Shown piece after piece: positions 8,577-17,514 of a stretch of 64,000 bases of DNA. The position numbers and the translations under genes are program-made. A model generated the notes under the pieces. The model searched no databases. It saw only the letters and a program-made list of their open reading frames with translations, and was not told the DNA's origin. The stretch is from assembly GCA_965214725.1 (NCBI GenBank), contig OZ243973.1, positions 1,799,705 through 1,863,704 on the forward strand, written 5' to 3'. Numbering within the stretch: the stretch's first letter is position 1; every line of letters begins with the position of its first letter. Source of the DNA: Dehalococcoidia bacterium (GTDB lineage Bacteria; Chloroflexota; Dehalococcoidia; UBA6926).

Positions 8577-9806
8577 ATGCAGAGAAGAAACGTGTTCAAC
8601 ACCTTGGATCCACGAATTATTGGCCGCCGTCTGCAAGAGGCGAGGAAGGCGCGCGGCCTTACCCAGGAGGAGGTTGCCACCGAACTGGGAACCGCGCGCA
8701 CGACTATAACTGCGATCGAGAAAGGAGAGCGGCGGGTTCAGCCCCAAGAACTGCTACGACTGTCTGAACTCTACGGCCACACTCTCGGGAATCTCATGAG
8801 AGAGCGAAAGCCGGCTGAGTCATTTGGAGTCCAATTGCGAGCCTTTTTCAAGGGAGTGGACTCACCAGTGGTCGCCCGTGACCTCCAAGAAGCCGTGAGC
8901 GAGTTTCAGGAGCTATGCGAGGACTATACGGCGCTCGAAGACTTGAGCGGGATTGAGCCCCGCCGAGACTACCCAATGGAACTCAGAGTGGGTCGATCAC
9001 GCCCGGAATTGGCGGCAGAGGAGGCTGCTGAGAGCGAACGCAACCGGCTCGGTCTTGGAGACGGCCCGCTCGATTCGCTGAGAGAGTTGCTTGAGAATGA
9101 TGTCGACCTGCGAATCTTCAGCATGCGAATGCCGTCACAAATTGCGGGAATGTTCGCCTACTCGGAGGAGTTGGGCGGGTGCATCGCCGTCAACAGCCGG
9201 CACCCTGAAGAGCGCCGTCGATGGTCAATGGCCCACGAATACGGGCATTTCTTGTCCGGGCGGTATCAAGCTGAGGTCAGCAATACTCTGCCTGCACGTA
9301 AGCCGCCGATGGAGAGATTCGCCGACACCTTTGCGCGCTTCTTCCTAATGCCTTCCGCCGGATTGCGTAGGCGATTCAACCAGGCCATTCGCGTCAGTGG
9401 AGGGCGCATTTCGGTTGCAGACTTGGTACGACTAGCCCACCACTACGCTGTGTCGGTGGAAGCAATGATACTGCGACTGGAGGAGCTACGGCTTATCTCC
9501 TTAGGAACGTGGCAACGACTCAAGGATCAGAGATTTAGAGTGAGGGAAGCGCAAGCGGAGCTTGGCCTCGAGCCGCTTTCTCAGCAAGGGAATGTGCTCC
9601 CTCGTCGGTACATGCTACTTGCTGTTCGGGCATTCGCTGACGGAAAGATCACCGAAGGTCAGTTGGCCCGCTACTTAAGGACGGATAGGGTGTCGGCGCG
9701 CGAAATTGCGGGGAGGCTATCTGAACAGGATAGCGTCGACGAACACGGCGATATCCAATCGTTCTCGCTAGATCTGTCATCGCCGGTGGTCATGCCCGGC
9801 CGATAA
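8577..9806 (+). CDS. XRE-family HTH regulator fused to an ImmA/IrrE-type zinc metallopeptidase.
   Basis: The N-terminus LTQEEVATELGTARTTITAIEKGERRVQPQELLRLSELYG is a Cro/C1 HTH. The HExxH motif is MAHEYGHFLSG. I place the start at the ATG at 8577 with an AGGAGG RBS; the ORF-track start at 8526 is probably upstream of the real start. Confidence 0.85.
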   Translation: MQRRNVFNTLDPRIIGRRLQEARKARGLTQEEVATELGTARTTITAIEKGERRVQPQELLRLSELYGHTLGNLMRERKPAESFGVQLRAFFKGVDSPVVARDLQEAVSEFQELCEDYTALEDLSGIEPRRDYPMELRVGRSRPELAAEEAAESERNRLGLGDGPLDSLRELLENDVDLRIFSMRMPSQIAGMFAYSEELGGCIAVNSRHPEERRRWSMAHEYGHFLSGRYQAEVSNTLPARKPPMERFADTFARFFLMPSAGLRRRFNQAIRVSGGRISVADLVRLAHHYAVSVEAMILRLEELRLISLGTWQRLKDQRFRVREAQAELGLEPLSQQGNVLPRRYMLLAVRAFADGKITEGQLARYLRTDRVSAREIAGRLSEQDSVDEHGDIQSFSLDLSSPVVMPGR

Positions 9807-9820
9807 GGGACGATGCAGAC

Positions 9821-10381
9821 ATGTTGGGCCATGCTCCTCCCACCCTCGTCGTCGACGCAAGTACACTGATCAACCTCTACGCGACCAGCCGGTTACGGGA
9901 GATCGCACTCGACTTGCCCCACACCATCTTTGTCTCGCGCTGTGTTTTGGAGAGAGAAAACCTATACGTCAGGGTTCAAGAAGCGGCTGGTACGATTTCG
10001 AATCGACACATCGAGTTGACCGCGCTAATCACTGATGGCCTTATTCAGCTTGTGGAAACGAGTGGTGAAGCGGAGGCGCAGCTCCTGATCGAACTAGCGA
10101 CTGAGTTGGGTGACGGCGAGGCGCAAACCGCAGCAATTGCCATTCATCGTGGCTACATAGTGGCCACAGACGACCGCAAGGCCAGAAGACTTCTAGCCGA
10201 GCACTGGCCGGGCGTGCGGGTTCTGACGACAACCGAAATCCTAAGAATCTGGTCCGAATCGAGCACGATAACGCCGCAAGAGCTGCGTGACGCATTCACA
10301 GCCATTCAGACAGGTGCCTGTTTCATCCCGCCGACAAACGATCCCGAGTACAACTGGTGGCAGAGCCTTATGCGAGAGTGA
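9821..10381 (+). CDS. PIN-like nuclease-fold protein, similar to DUF4411-type partners of ImmA/IrrE regulators.
   Basis: An N-terminal VVDASTLINL strand with an acidic residue and a downstream ATDD are consistent with a PIN fold. It is immediately downstream of the HTH-ImmA gene with a 14-nt gap. Confidence 0.6.
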   Translation: MLGHAPPTLVVDASTLINLYATSRLREIALDLPHTIFVSRCVLERENLYVRVQEAAGTISNRHIELTALITDGLIQLVETSGEAEAQLLIELATELGDGEAQTAAIAIHRGYIVATDDRKARRLLAEHWPGVRVLTTTEILRIWSESSTITPQELRDAFTAIQTGACFIPPTNDPEYNWWQSLMRE

Positions 10382-11040
10382 CTTCTCCCGTGGAAAGGCA
10401 TTCGGTTGTGGCCGTGCTAGAGTATGCCCAGGTTCGATACCGCAATTGAGATCAACAGCCCGGTGTAAAGCAAAGCGAGCAAGATCGGGGCCGACAATTC
10501 TAGGGGGCAGCTCTGTAACCTTGCCGTCTCCGGTGTTTATCCGTGCCCCGCGAGGTTGAGCAACCGAGATGCGTCAAATGCCGCAGGCTCGGGCGATTCC
10601 AATTCAGTTGCCATCTACAGTTGAACCAGTAAGCGTACCAGTCCGCGTCTTTTCTTCCGGCCCTGAAGGAACGGCTAGCCAAGTGGCAGGAAATCTGTAT
10701 CGACGGTTCAGGCCAAACACGCCAATACTGGAATTTGTTTGTCGATTCCAGTCCGTATCGTCTACGAGCAGGCTGCAATCAGAGCTACGCCACGCCCGGC
10801 CGGGGCCGCAAAGCGGCTTTTGGCGTATGTTTCGATTGGCCCGATCTCCTTAATGTTATTTCGCCGCTTGAATCAGTACCTGTCCAACTTGGCTAGCGCC
10901 GATGACTAGCACCATGTCGTCTAGCAGCATCATGCCCCCGAGGGGTGTGCTGCCCGATGCGGCAGCCTCAAGCACTTCTTGCCCGACATTCCAAGAAATG
11001 GTGACGGGGTGGACTTCAAAGGTCATTTCAGTGTCATCTG

Positions 11041-14000
11041 CTAGGATGGCCCCAACTTGCTTCCAGGTCTTTCAGTGGCAGGTGCCGGCTCGACGTAAGT
11101 TGCAAGAAAGTCCATCTCCAGGAGCCACCGGCGGAACGACTCGTTGTCACTGAACTGCTTGAACAACTCGGTGTGGTCGGCCAAGAGCTCGGTCATGGCC
11201 CGTCCCAAGGCCTTATCGTGCTCAATCCGTGCGTTCTGCCGGTCGGAGTTGGCCATTGCGTTCTGGTATGCCCTGTCGCCCGCTACCTTCGCGGGCAACT
11301 CCTCAGCGATCACCCTTTCGATCTTGTCCTGGTCCTTCCACTCGATGTTGCCAAACCGGTCATTGAACTCCCTGACGATATTCGAGAGTCGGTCCATCTC
11401 CGGTTCCGGCTTTTGTCCTCCGCCCTCGGTGGGGACGGGTTCGATCTCTGCGTCCTCGTCGGGTAGCTGGATGTCCTGCACAGCCTGCTTCTCAACCCGG
11501 TAGCTGTCCATGTCTATGGTTCCAAGAATCCCCTTGGAGAAGTCGTCCTCTACAGGAGCGGGCAGCTTGGGAACGAGGAAGGTCAGGAAGATGGAGAGCT
11601 TCTCCCATTCCGCGTAGGTGTAGGGCAGGATGGCCGCCAAGAACCCGTAGGACCGCAGGAACGCCTTCGCCTTGCCCTTGAAGTCCACCTGGCCGTCTTC
11701 GTCCAACTGCTCTCGGTAGACCGAGACGCAAGCGTCCAGGATAGGATCGAGCCGGTCGCGATCGTCTCCGGAAAGGTATCGCTCCACGAGCTTGTCAATC
11801 TGAGCCGGGCCGTAGACCTGATACCCGTCCAGAGCTGCCTTGAGGTCGTGAAGCCTGTCGGGGTCGGTCTCCTCCGCCAGAATCGTGGTCCGGTAGTAGG
11901 GGGTGAAGCCGGCCTGGATCGTGTCGGCGTCATTGGCGAAGTCCAGCACGAAGGCGTCGTGTTTCTTGGGATGCGCCCGGTTGAGACGGGAGAGCGTCTG
12001 CACTGCCTTCACTCCTGACAGCGGTTTGTCGACGTACATCGTGTGCAGCAGAGGTTCGTCGTAGCCGGTCTGGAACTTGTCGGCGCAGACCAAGAAGCGG
12101 TACGGGTCCTCCTGAATCTTGTCGGTGATCAGGTTGGACGAGAAACCGTTGAGGGACGCCTCGGTGACATGCGCGCCGCCGTACTCGTGCTCGCCGGAGA
12201 AGGCGGCGATGGCTTGGTAGGGACTCTTGCGTTCAGCCAGGTAGTCCCGGATTGCATAGAAGTAGGTGATGGCCCGCTGGACGCTGCTCGTCACCACCAT
12301 GGCCCGTGCCTGCCCGCCTATCTTCTGCAGGCCGGCCACTTGTTCGTGGAAATGGTCGACCATGATTTCTGCCTTCAGCCGAATGGCATGGTCGTTGTCC
12401 TCCACGTATCGGCGCAGCTTCTTGCCTGCTCGCTTAGTGTCGAATTCTGGGTCCCCCTCAACTGTCTTCACCAGTCGGTAGTAGCTGTTCACCGGCGCAT
12501 AGTCCTTCAGTACGTCGATGATGAACCGCTCTTGGATGGCCTGCTTCATTGTGTAGGAGTGGAATGGCGCGTGCCTCGTATTCCCGCCTTCCGAAACGGG
12601 CGTGCCGAATATCTCCAGGGTCTTGTTCTTGGGTGTGGCGGTGAAGGCGAAATAGCTGGCGTTGGCAAGGAGCTTCCGGGACTCCATCAGCCGATTGATC
12701 TTGTCCTCGGTGGTCTCGTCTTCCTCTTCGGCGCCCGCTTCTCCCAACGCCATGGACACCGACGCCGACGTCCGCCCTCCCTGACTCGAATGTGCCTCAT
12801 CAATGATGATGGCGAACTTGCGCCCGCGGTGCTCATTGCCTATGGCGTCCAGGATGAAGGGAAACTTCTGGACGGTGGTGATAACGATCCGCTTGCCTTC
12901 TTGGAGCAACCGCCGCAGGTTGCCGGAGGTTTCGGCATGGCCCACGATGGAGCCGACTTGGGCGAACTGCCTGATGGTGTCCCGTATCTGCCTGTCCAGC
13001 ACCTTGCGGTCCGTGACGACGACGGTGGTGTCGAACACTGCTGCGTCATCCCGCTCCAGCCCTATCAGCTGGTGGGCTAGCCATGCAATGGAATTGGACT
13101 TGCCGCTGCCCGCCGAGTGCTGGATCAGGTACTTGGAACCGGCTCCCTTAACAGACGCGTCAGCCAGTAGCTTCCGCACTACGTCCAGCTGGTGGTAGCG
13201 GGGCCATACTTGCTCCCGCCTCTTTCGGCCCGTCTTGTCGTCCTTGCCCTCCACGATCTGGGCATAGTTCTCGATGATGTCGGTCAGCCCATTGCGGGTG
13301 AGGACCTGCTTCCACAGGTAATCGGTCTTGAGGCCATTGGGGTTGGGCGGGTTGCCCGCGCCGTCATCCCATCCCTTGTTGAAGGGCAGGAACCAAGATG
13401 CCTTGCCACTGAGTTGCGTGCAGAACTGCACTTCGTGGTCGTCAACGGCAAAATGGGCGAGACATCTGCCCAGCTCGAAGAGCTTCTCCCGGGGATTGCG
13501 GTCTCGCTTATACTGTTCTACGGCGTCATCTACCGTCTGCTTGGTCAGGCTGTTCTTCAGCTCGAACGTTGCGACGGGCAGGCCGTTGATGAACAAGCAC
13601 AGGTCTAGGGCAAGCTGCGCGTTGTCGTTGCTGTACCGGAGCTGCTTGGTCACGCTAAAGCGGTTCTGCCCGTACAGGACGCCGGCTTTCTCATTCCCTG
13701 GCGACGGTGTGCCGTACATGAGGTTGATCTGGTGTGGGCCGTGCTTGATGCCGTTGCGGAGCACGTCAATGGTACCGCGACGGGTTATCTCTCCCTGCAG
13801 GCGGGCCAGGAATCTGCGCCTTGATGGGCTGTCCGTGCCCAAGTCCAGCGATTCGGCTGCTTTAAGTTGAGTATCGTGGAGGAAGTCCGAGAGTTGAGCG
13901 AGGTCCACGCAGTACTCCCTGTCGTAGTCTTGGGCGTCGCCGCTTATCCACCCTGCGCCATAGCTGGACGGCCGCTCGCGCACCACCCCGCCCTGCGGCG

Positions 14001-14073
14001 GGCCCCACTCAGCGCCCGTCAGAGCCTCGCAGATAAGGCTCTCCAGTCCCTTCTCGGTGGTATCGGTTGCCAC
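11041..14073 (-). CDS. hsdR: Type I restriction enzyme R subunit.
   Basis: 1010 aa. Walker A is QHSAGSGKS and the DEAH box is IIDEAHSS. The helicase motifs follow. Confidence 0.92.
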   Translation of the reverse strand: MATDTTEKGLESLICEALTGAEWGPPQGGVVRERPSSYGAGWISGDAQDYDREYCVDLAQLSDFLHDTQLKAAESLDLGTDSPSRRRFLARLQGEITRRGTIDVLRNGIKHGPHQINLMYGTPSPGNEKAGVLYGQNRFSVTKQLRYSNDNAQLALDLCLFINGLPVATFELKNSLTKQTVDDAVEQYKRDRNPREKLFELGRCLAHFAVDDHEVQFCTQLSGKASWFLPFNKGWDDGAGNPPNPNGLKTDYLWKQVLTRNGLTDIIENYAQIVEGKDDKTGRKRREQVWPRYHQLDVVRKLLADASVKGAGSKYLIQHSAGSGKSNSIAWLAHQLIGLERDDAAVFDTTVVVTDRKVLDRQIRDTIRQFAQVGSIVGHAETSGNLRRLLQEGKRIVITTVQKFPFILDAIGNEHRGRKFAIIIDEAHSSQGGRTSASVSMALGEAGAEEEDETTEDKINRLMESRKLLANASYFAFTATPKNKTLEIFGTPVSEGGNTRHAPFHSYTMKQAIQERFIIDVLKDYAPVNSYYRLVKTVEGDPEFDTKRAGKKLRRYVEDNDHAIRLKAEIMVDHFHEQVAGLQKIGGQARAMVVTSSVQRAITYFYAIRDYLAERKSPYQAIAAFSGEHEYGGAHVTEASLNGFSSNLITDKIQEDPYRFLVCADKFQTGYDEPLLHTMYVDKPLSGVKAVQTLSRLNRAHPKKHDAFVLDFANDADTIQAGFTPYYRTTILAEETDPDRLHDLKAALDGYQVYGPAQIDKLVERYLSGDDRDRLDPILDACVSVYREQLDEDGQVDFKGKAKAFLRSYGFLAAILPYTYAEWEKLSIFLTFLVPKLPAPVEDDFSKGILGTIDMDSYRVEKQAVQDIQLPDEDAEIEPVPTEGGGQKPEPEMDRLSNIVREFNDRFGNIEWKDQDKIERVIAEELPAKVAGDRAYQNAMANSDRQNARIEHDKALGRAMTELLADHTELFKQFSDNESFRRWLLEMDFLATYVEPAPATERPGSKLGPS

Positions 14074-14087
14074 GCTATGCTCGCCTC

Positions 14088-15524
14088 TCAGCCGTTCACT
14101 TCGGACGGTTGACCGTCCTCATTGTCCAGCACTGGGCCATCCTCGTCTATCGGACCCTCCTCGTCGTCCTCATCCGGCAGCTGCTCCGCCGCCGCCCGCA
14201 CGTCCAACTTGCCCGTCACCACATCCGCGATGAGCCGGGTGCGGTACTCCTCTACCAACTCCACCTGCCGCCGCGCCCGTTGGACGACCGCATCGATCCT
14301 CGCCGTCTCCCGTTCCAGATGCTCAACGATGGCGCGCTGCTCCGGGAGCTGTGGGAGAGGGAGTGGCATGTTGGCATATTTCTCTCCGTTCACGTTCTCA
14401 ATGGTCGATGAGATTGCCATCACACGCAGGAAGGCGTTGAATGCCTCCGCCTTTGTAAAGAAGAAGAGATACTTAGGGAGAATTGCCGCGCTCGGGACGA
14501 AGCGCACTAGATATCCTGCGTAGGCGCACGGTCCATGCAAGCCAGCTGCGTAAAGGAAGCTGCGCCCGACCGTTCCGCTCCGGGATAGCAAGATGTCACC
14601 ATCGCTTAGACCATATCCCTCTGCTAGCTCTGGCGGGAGAAACACGCCCTTACCAAGAAGTCTGCCATCTTCAGCAATGTCCGTGGTCCGTACGAAGCGA
14701 ATGCCCACCGCTTGATACTGAGTGGCAGCAACATTTGCCCCGTAGAGTGCGGACTCGGAGCAGACTTGCTTGAGCCGCCGCACGTCCCAATGCTCCGGCA
14801 CGTCGCCCAGCCACTCTACGCCGGAGGGTTTGAGGCGGACGTTGGGGTCGAGGCCACGGGTAACGGCTCGGTTGACGACGACCTGCTTCTCTTCCTCAAG
14901 CAGTCTGATCAGTTTCCGCTTAGCGCCAACGTACCGCCGGACGCGCCGGTCCACGTAGTCAAGGTAGCGGACGATGGCGCGCTGCTCGGGGAGGGGAGGG
15001 AGGGGCAACGACAGATACTTTAGCTGGCCACTGTAGATGTGCATAATGGTGATGCCGCGCCCCATTAGAGATTTCTGCGTCTGCGTGGCGGGGCAGTCCA
15101 GCGCGTAGCCTGCAAACTTGGGTTCAATTGGAATTGTTGGCCGAAATATGATCAAGTCTCCGCCGCAGACAATCTGAGCGTGCATCAAGTTCACGGCGGA
15201 CTTACCGATCTCTTCAATTGTCTCTCCTGAATTAGGAAAGAGAACGTCACCCCTAGTGATTGGGGTATAGGCGCTGGCCTTCTCGGGTGAGACGAAACTC
15301 CGTGTCTGGTTTATGAAGAACTTGTGAGTAGTGTAGAGGTCTCCATACCGGACACAAGGTATCCCGTCGAGGACCTCGTCATCCTTCGTTCCGCCTGTGC
15401 CTTTGGAGAAGACACCAACCCTTCCAAGCTGGACAATTTCCCAATGCTCAGGCACATCGCCGAGCCACTCGACGCTTGAGGGCTTGTAGGCGAGGTAGGG
15501 GTGGGGCTCAACTGACCGGGCCAT
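14088..15524 (-). CDS. hsdS: Type I RM specificity subunit.
   Basis: Two target-recognition domains, each preceded by the conserved repeat PSGVEWLGDVPEHW, and central and C-terminal LPPLPEQRAIV coiled-coil repeats. I place the start at the internal Met (MARSVEPH...) to reduce overlap with the upstream ORF. The ORF track gives 15602. Confidence 0.88.
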   Translation of the reverse strand: MARSVEPHPYLAYKPSSVEWLGDVPEHWEIVQLGRVGVFSKGTGGTKDDEVLDGIPCVRYGDLYTTHKFFINQTRSFVSPEKASAYTPITRGDVLFPNSGETIEEIGKSAVNLMHAQIVCGGDLIIFRPTIPIEPKFAGYALDCPATQTQKSLMGRGITIMHIYSGQLKYLSLPLPPLPEQRAIVRYLDYVDRRVRRYVGAKRKLIRLLEEEKQVVVNRAVTRGLDPNVRLKPSGVEWLGDVPEHWDVRRLKQVCSESALYGANVAATQYQAVGIRFVRTTDIAEDGRLLGKGVFLPPELAEGYGLSDGDILLSRSGTVGRSFLYAAGLHGPCAYAGYLVRFVPSAAILPKYLFFFTKAEAFNAFLRVMAISSTIENVNGEKYANMPLPLPQLPEQRAIVEHLERETARIDAVVQRARRQVELVEEYRTRLIADVVTGKLDVRAAAEQLPDEDDEEGPIDEDGPVLDNEDGQPSEVNG

Positions 15525-15930
15525 ACTGCCAACCTCGCTTGTTGGCGAATTCTGCAAGCCGCTTCGCAGTATTCCTGACACTATGCTTGGCCAGATCCCC
15601 AAAGATGATTATGCAGTGTTGAGGAAATGGATCAGGATCACTTTTCACGCTCAACTGTTGCTCTCCGCATTCCAACACGCTGACCGCCATCACGCCCATA
15701 GACCCGTAGTTAAGGCGATCCACGTAGTGATCCCATGCATCCCTGGCCGTAATCTGGTCACCGTCGTACACCGAGAGACTTTGACGGTCTTTAGGGGTAG
15801 GAGTGAACGCCTGGGATGTAACGCGCCCATCCTGAGCAAAGTTAGGATGAATCTGGCGAAGCAGAAGTGTCTGGCTATTCACGTCACCTTGCTCTGCAAC
15901 AAGTGCAGCTCGCTGCCAAGCCATGCCCAA
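15508..15930 (-). CDS. Hypothetical 140-aa protein (gene C), embedded between hsdM and hsdS.
   Basis: An intact ORF on the same strand. It overlaps the end of gene B and the start of hsdS, which suggests translational coupling. I recognise no motif. Confidence 0.55.
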   Translation of the reverse strand: MGMAWQRAALVAEQGDVNSQTLLLRQIHPNFAQDGRVTSQAFTPTPKDRQSLSVYDGDQITARDAWDHYVDRLNYGSMGVMAVSVLECGEQQLSVKSDPDPFPQHCIIIFGDLAKHSVRNTAKRLAEFANKRGWQYGPVS

Positions 15931-16679
15931 TCTTGCGGGCTCTCCAATGCCAAGTCTCGTTCATAGGATTCATTTGAGCCCAAATCGAGACAATGCCATT
16001 CGCCGGAATGGGTCTCGAGATCGATCTCTAAACTAGGCCGATATGGGCCGATGTCCCACTCAAATTGCACGGCGCCCTCTGGGGTGGGATAAACAAAAGG
16101 AACAGGCGCTCCAAAAAACCATTTGGAAACAGCATCTTGAAGCCAAGCCAAGCCCTCGGGGCTAGGGGCTTTACCGTAGCCCTCGCCCCACTCGCTCGCA
16201 GGCTGCATACCGCCCGCCCAACCATCCTCCAAATTCTTGAATCCTTGGAGCCGAGCTAGAATGCCCAAGAGGTCGTCAGACATTGGGGTGTAGGGCCATA
16301 GTGCGATATCAACTGCCAAGGAGGATAACTCTCCTGGAGTCCCGCTGCTATGATCGTAATCGCTGACTATTCCAAACTGGACTGGATCGGCGCCATAGGA
16401 ACTGGGCCAATACAACCGACGTGCTGCCCGTGGCAACTGCCCAAACTTGGGGGGCAGCTTATGGAATACCATGTGCCCTCTCAACGCAAACGGAATACGC
16501 CCAGCGATCCGTGATGAGCTCTCGCCGTACCCAATTCTTGCACCAAGCGAACTGGTAAACGGTGGTCCTTCTTCGCCGACAGCCCAAGGATATCTTTGTG
16601 CAATTTCTGAAGGTGAATCAATTCCCTGTCGCAGACGGTCTGTGCTCGCCCGGGACGTATCCACTGTTGCGCGAGTCAC
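15879..16679 (-). CDS. Hypothetical 266-aa protein (gene B), embedded in the type I RM operon.
   Basis: It is ATGA-coupled to gene A (16676-16679). It is Trp- and Gly-rich with no recognisable motif. Confidence 0.6.
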   Translation of the reverse strand: MTRATVDTSRASTDRLRQGIDSPSEIAQRYPWAVGEEGPPFTSSLGARIGYGESSSRIAGRIPFALRGHMVFHKLPPKFGQLPRAARRLYWPSSYGADPVQFGIVSDYDHSSGTPGELSSLAVDIALWPYTPMSDDLLGILARLQGFKNLEDGWAGGMQPASEWGEGYGKAPSPEGLAWLQDAVSKWFFGAPVPFVYPTPEGAVQFEWDIGPYRPSLEIDLETHSGEWHCLDLGSNESYERDLALESPQDWAWLGSELHLLQSKVT

Positions 16680-17344
16680 CGTGCCCCTCCGTCTAATCGC
16701 GCGACTATATCGTGCGCTTGGTCCCAGACAGATTCTAAGGATTGACGAACACTTCCAGCATCCGGCAATGTGTGTTCCTCCTTATGCAAATTCAGGCTCA
16801 TGAAGACTCGATCCCCATTCGGGTCATTGAAGCGTGGCTCCAGCTGAATGGTCCAGCGGCCCATTGGCGAGTCAAAGTATAGTTGCCCCATTGCCCCTAC
16901 CACGGACCAATTGGCTGGCACAAACTCGCTCTTGCCAAACAGTCTAGCCCCCAAATACTTGAGCGAAGGTGCCTCCGAAATCTGACCGAAAACCACCTCT
17001 ATATTGTAGCCGTACGCGCGGAGCGCGCGCTGTTGCGCGCCAGCCGTTTCGCTGGCCTTTTCGAGCACTTGGCCCAAGTATCGCAAGTCACTGCGTGATG
17101 GGAATTCTCGCTCGATGACCGTCCGATCCGGCAACATCTTCACGCTGATTCGTTCACGCTGCATCTCTGAACCACTCGGCAGTTCCTTCTTGCCTACGGG
17201 CACTCCAACTGTCAGGCCTACGTCATCCAGAAGCACATCGCTACCGACTCTCTCCGAGAAAGCGGAGACAGATTCGAGGTCTCGGAGTAATCCTAGCCCG
17301 ACTAGGACTACGTTTGCCTTCAATACATCGCTGACACTAGCCAC
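16676..17344 (-). CDS. Hypothetical 222-aa protein (gene A), embedded in the type I RM operon.
   Basis: It starts 170 nt downstream of hsdM on the same strand. I recognise no motif. Confidence 0.6.
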   Translation of the reverse strand: MASVSDVLKANVVLVGLGLLRDLESVSAFSERVGSDVLLDDVGLTVGVPVGKKELPSGSEMQRERISVKMLPDRTVIEREFPSRSDLRYLGQVLEKASETAGAQQRALRAYGYNIEVVFGQISEAPSLKYLGARLFGKSEFVPANWSVVGAMGQLYFDSPMGRWTIQLEPRFNDPNGDRVFMSLNLHKEEHTLPDAGSVRQSLESVWDQAHDIVARLDGGAR

Positions 17345-17514
17345 GTAGTTTTCCCTTGCTCATCCCGCTCAGTATGCCACTATGCCATAGGCTCCAAAGT
17401 ACTGTCGACGGGAAATCTGTGGCCAAGCCGCATGGAACCACGATGCCCCGTGCGCGAGGCCGGACCGATTGGAGACACCGCATGGGCCCCAACATCCCGA
17501 TTGCAGTCAAACAA

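Noticed and set aside
12043-13080. 345-aa plus-strand ORF antisense to hsdR.
   Set aside because: It lies entirely inside a well-supported helicase gene on the opposite strand, and its composition is a GC-skew artefact.
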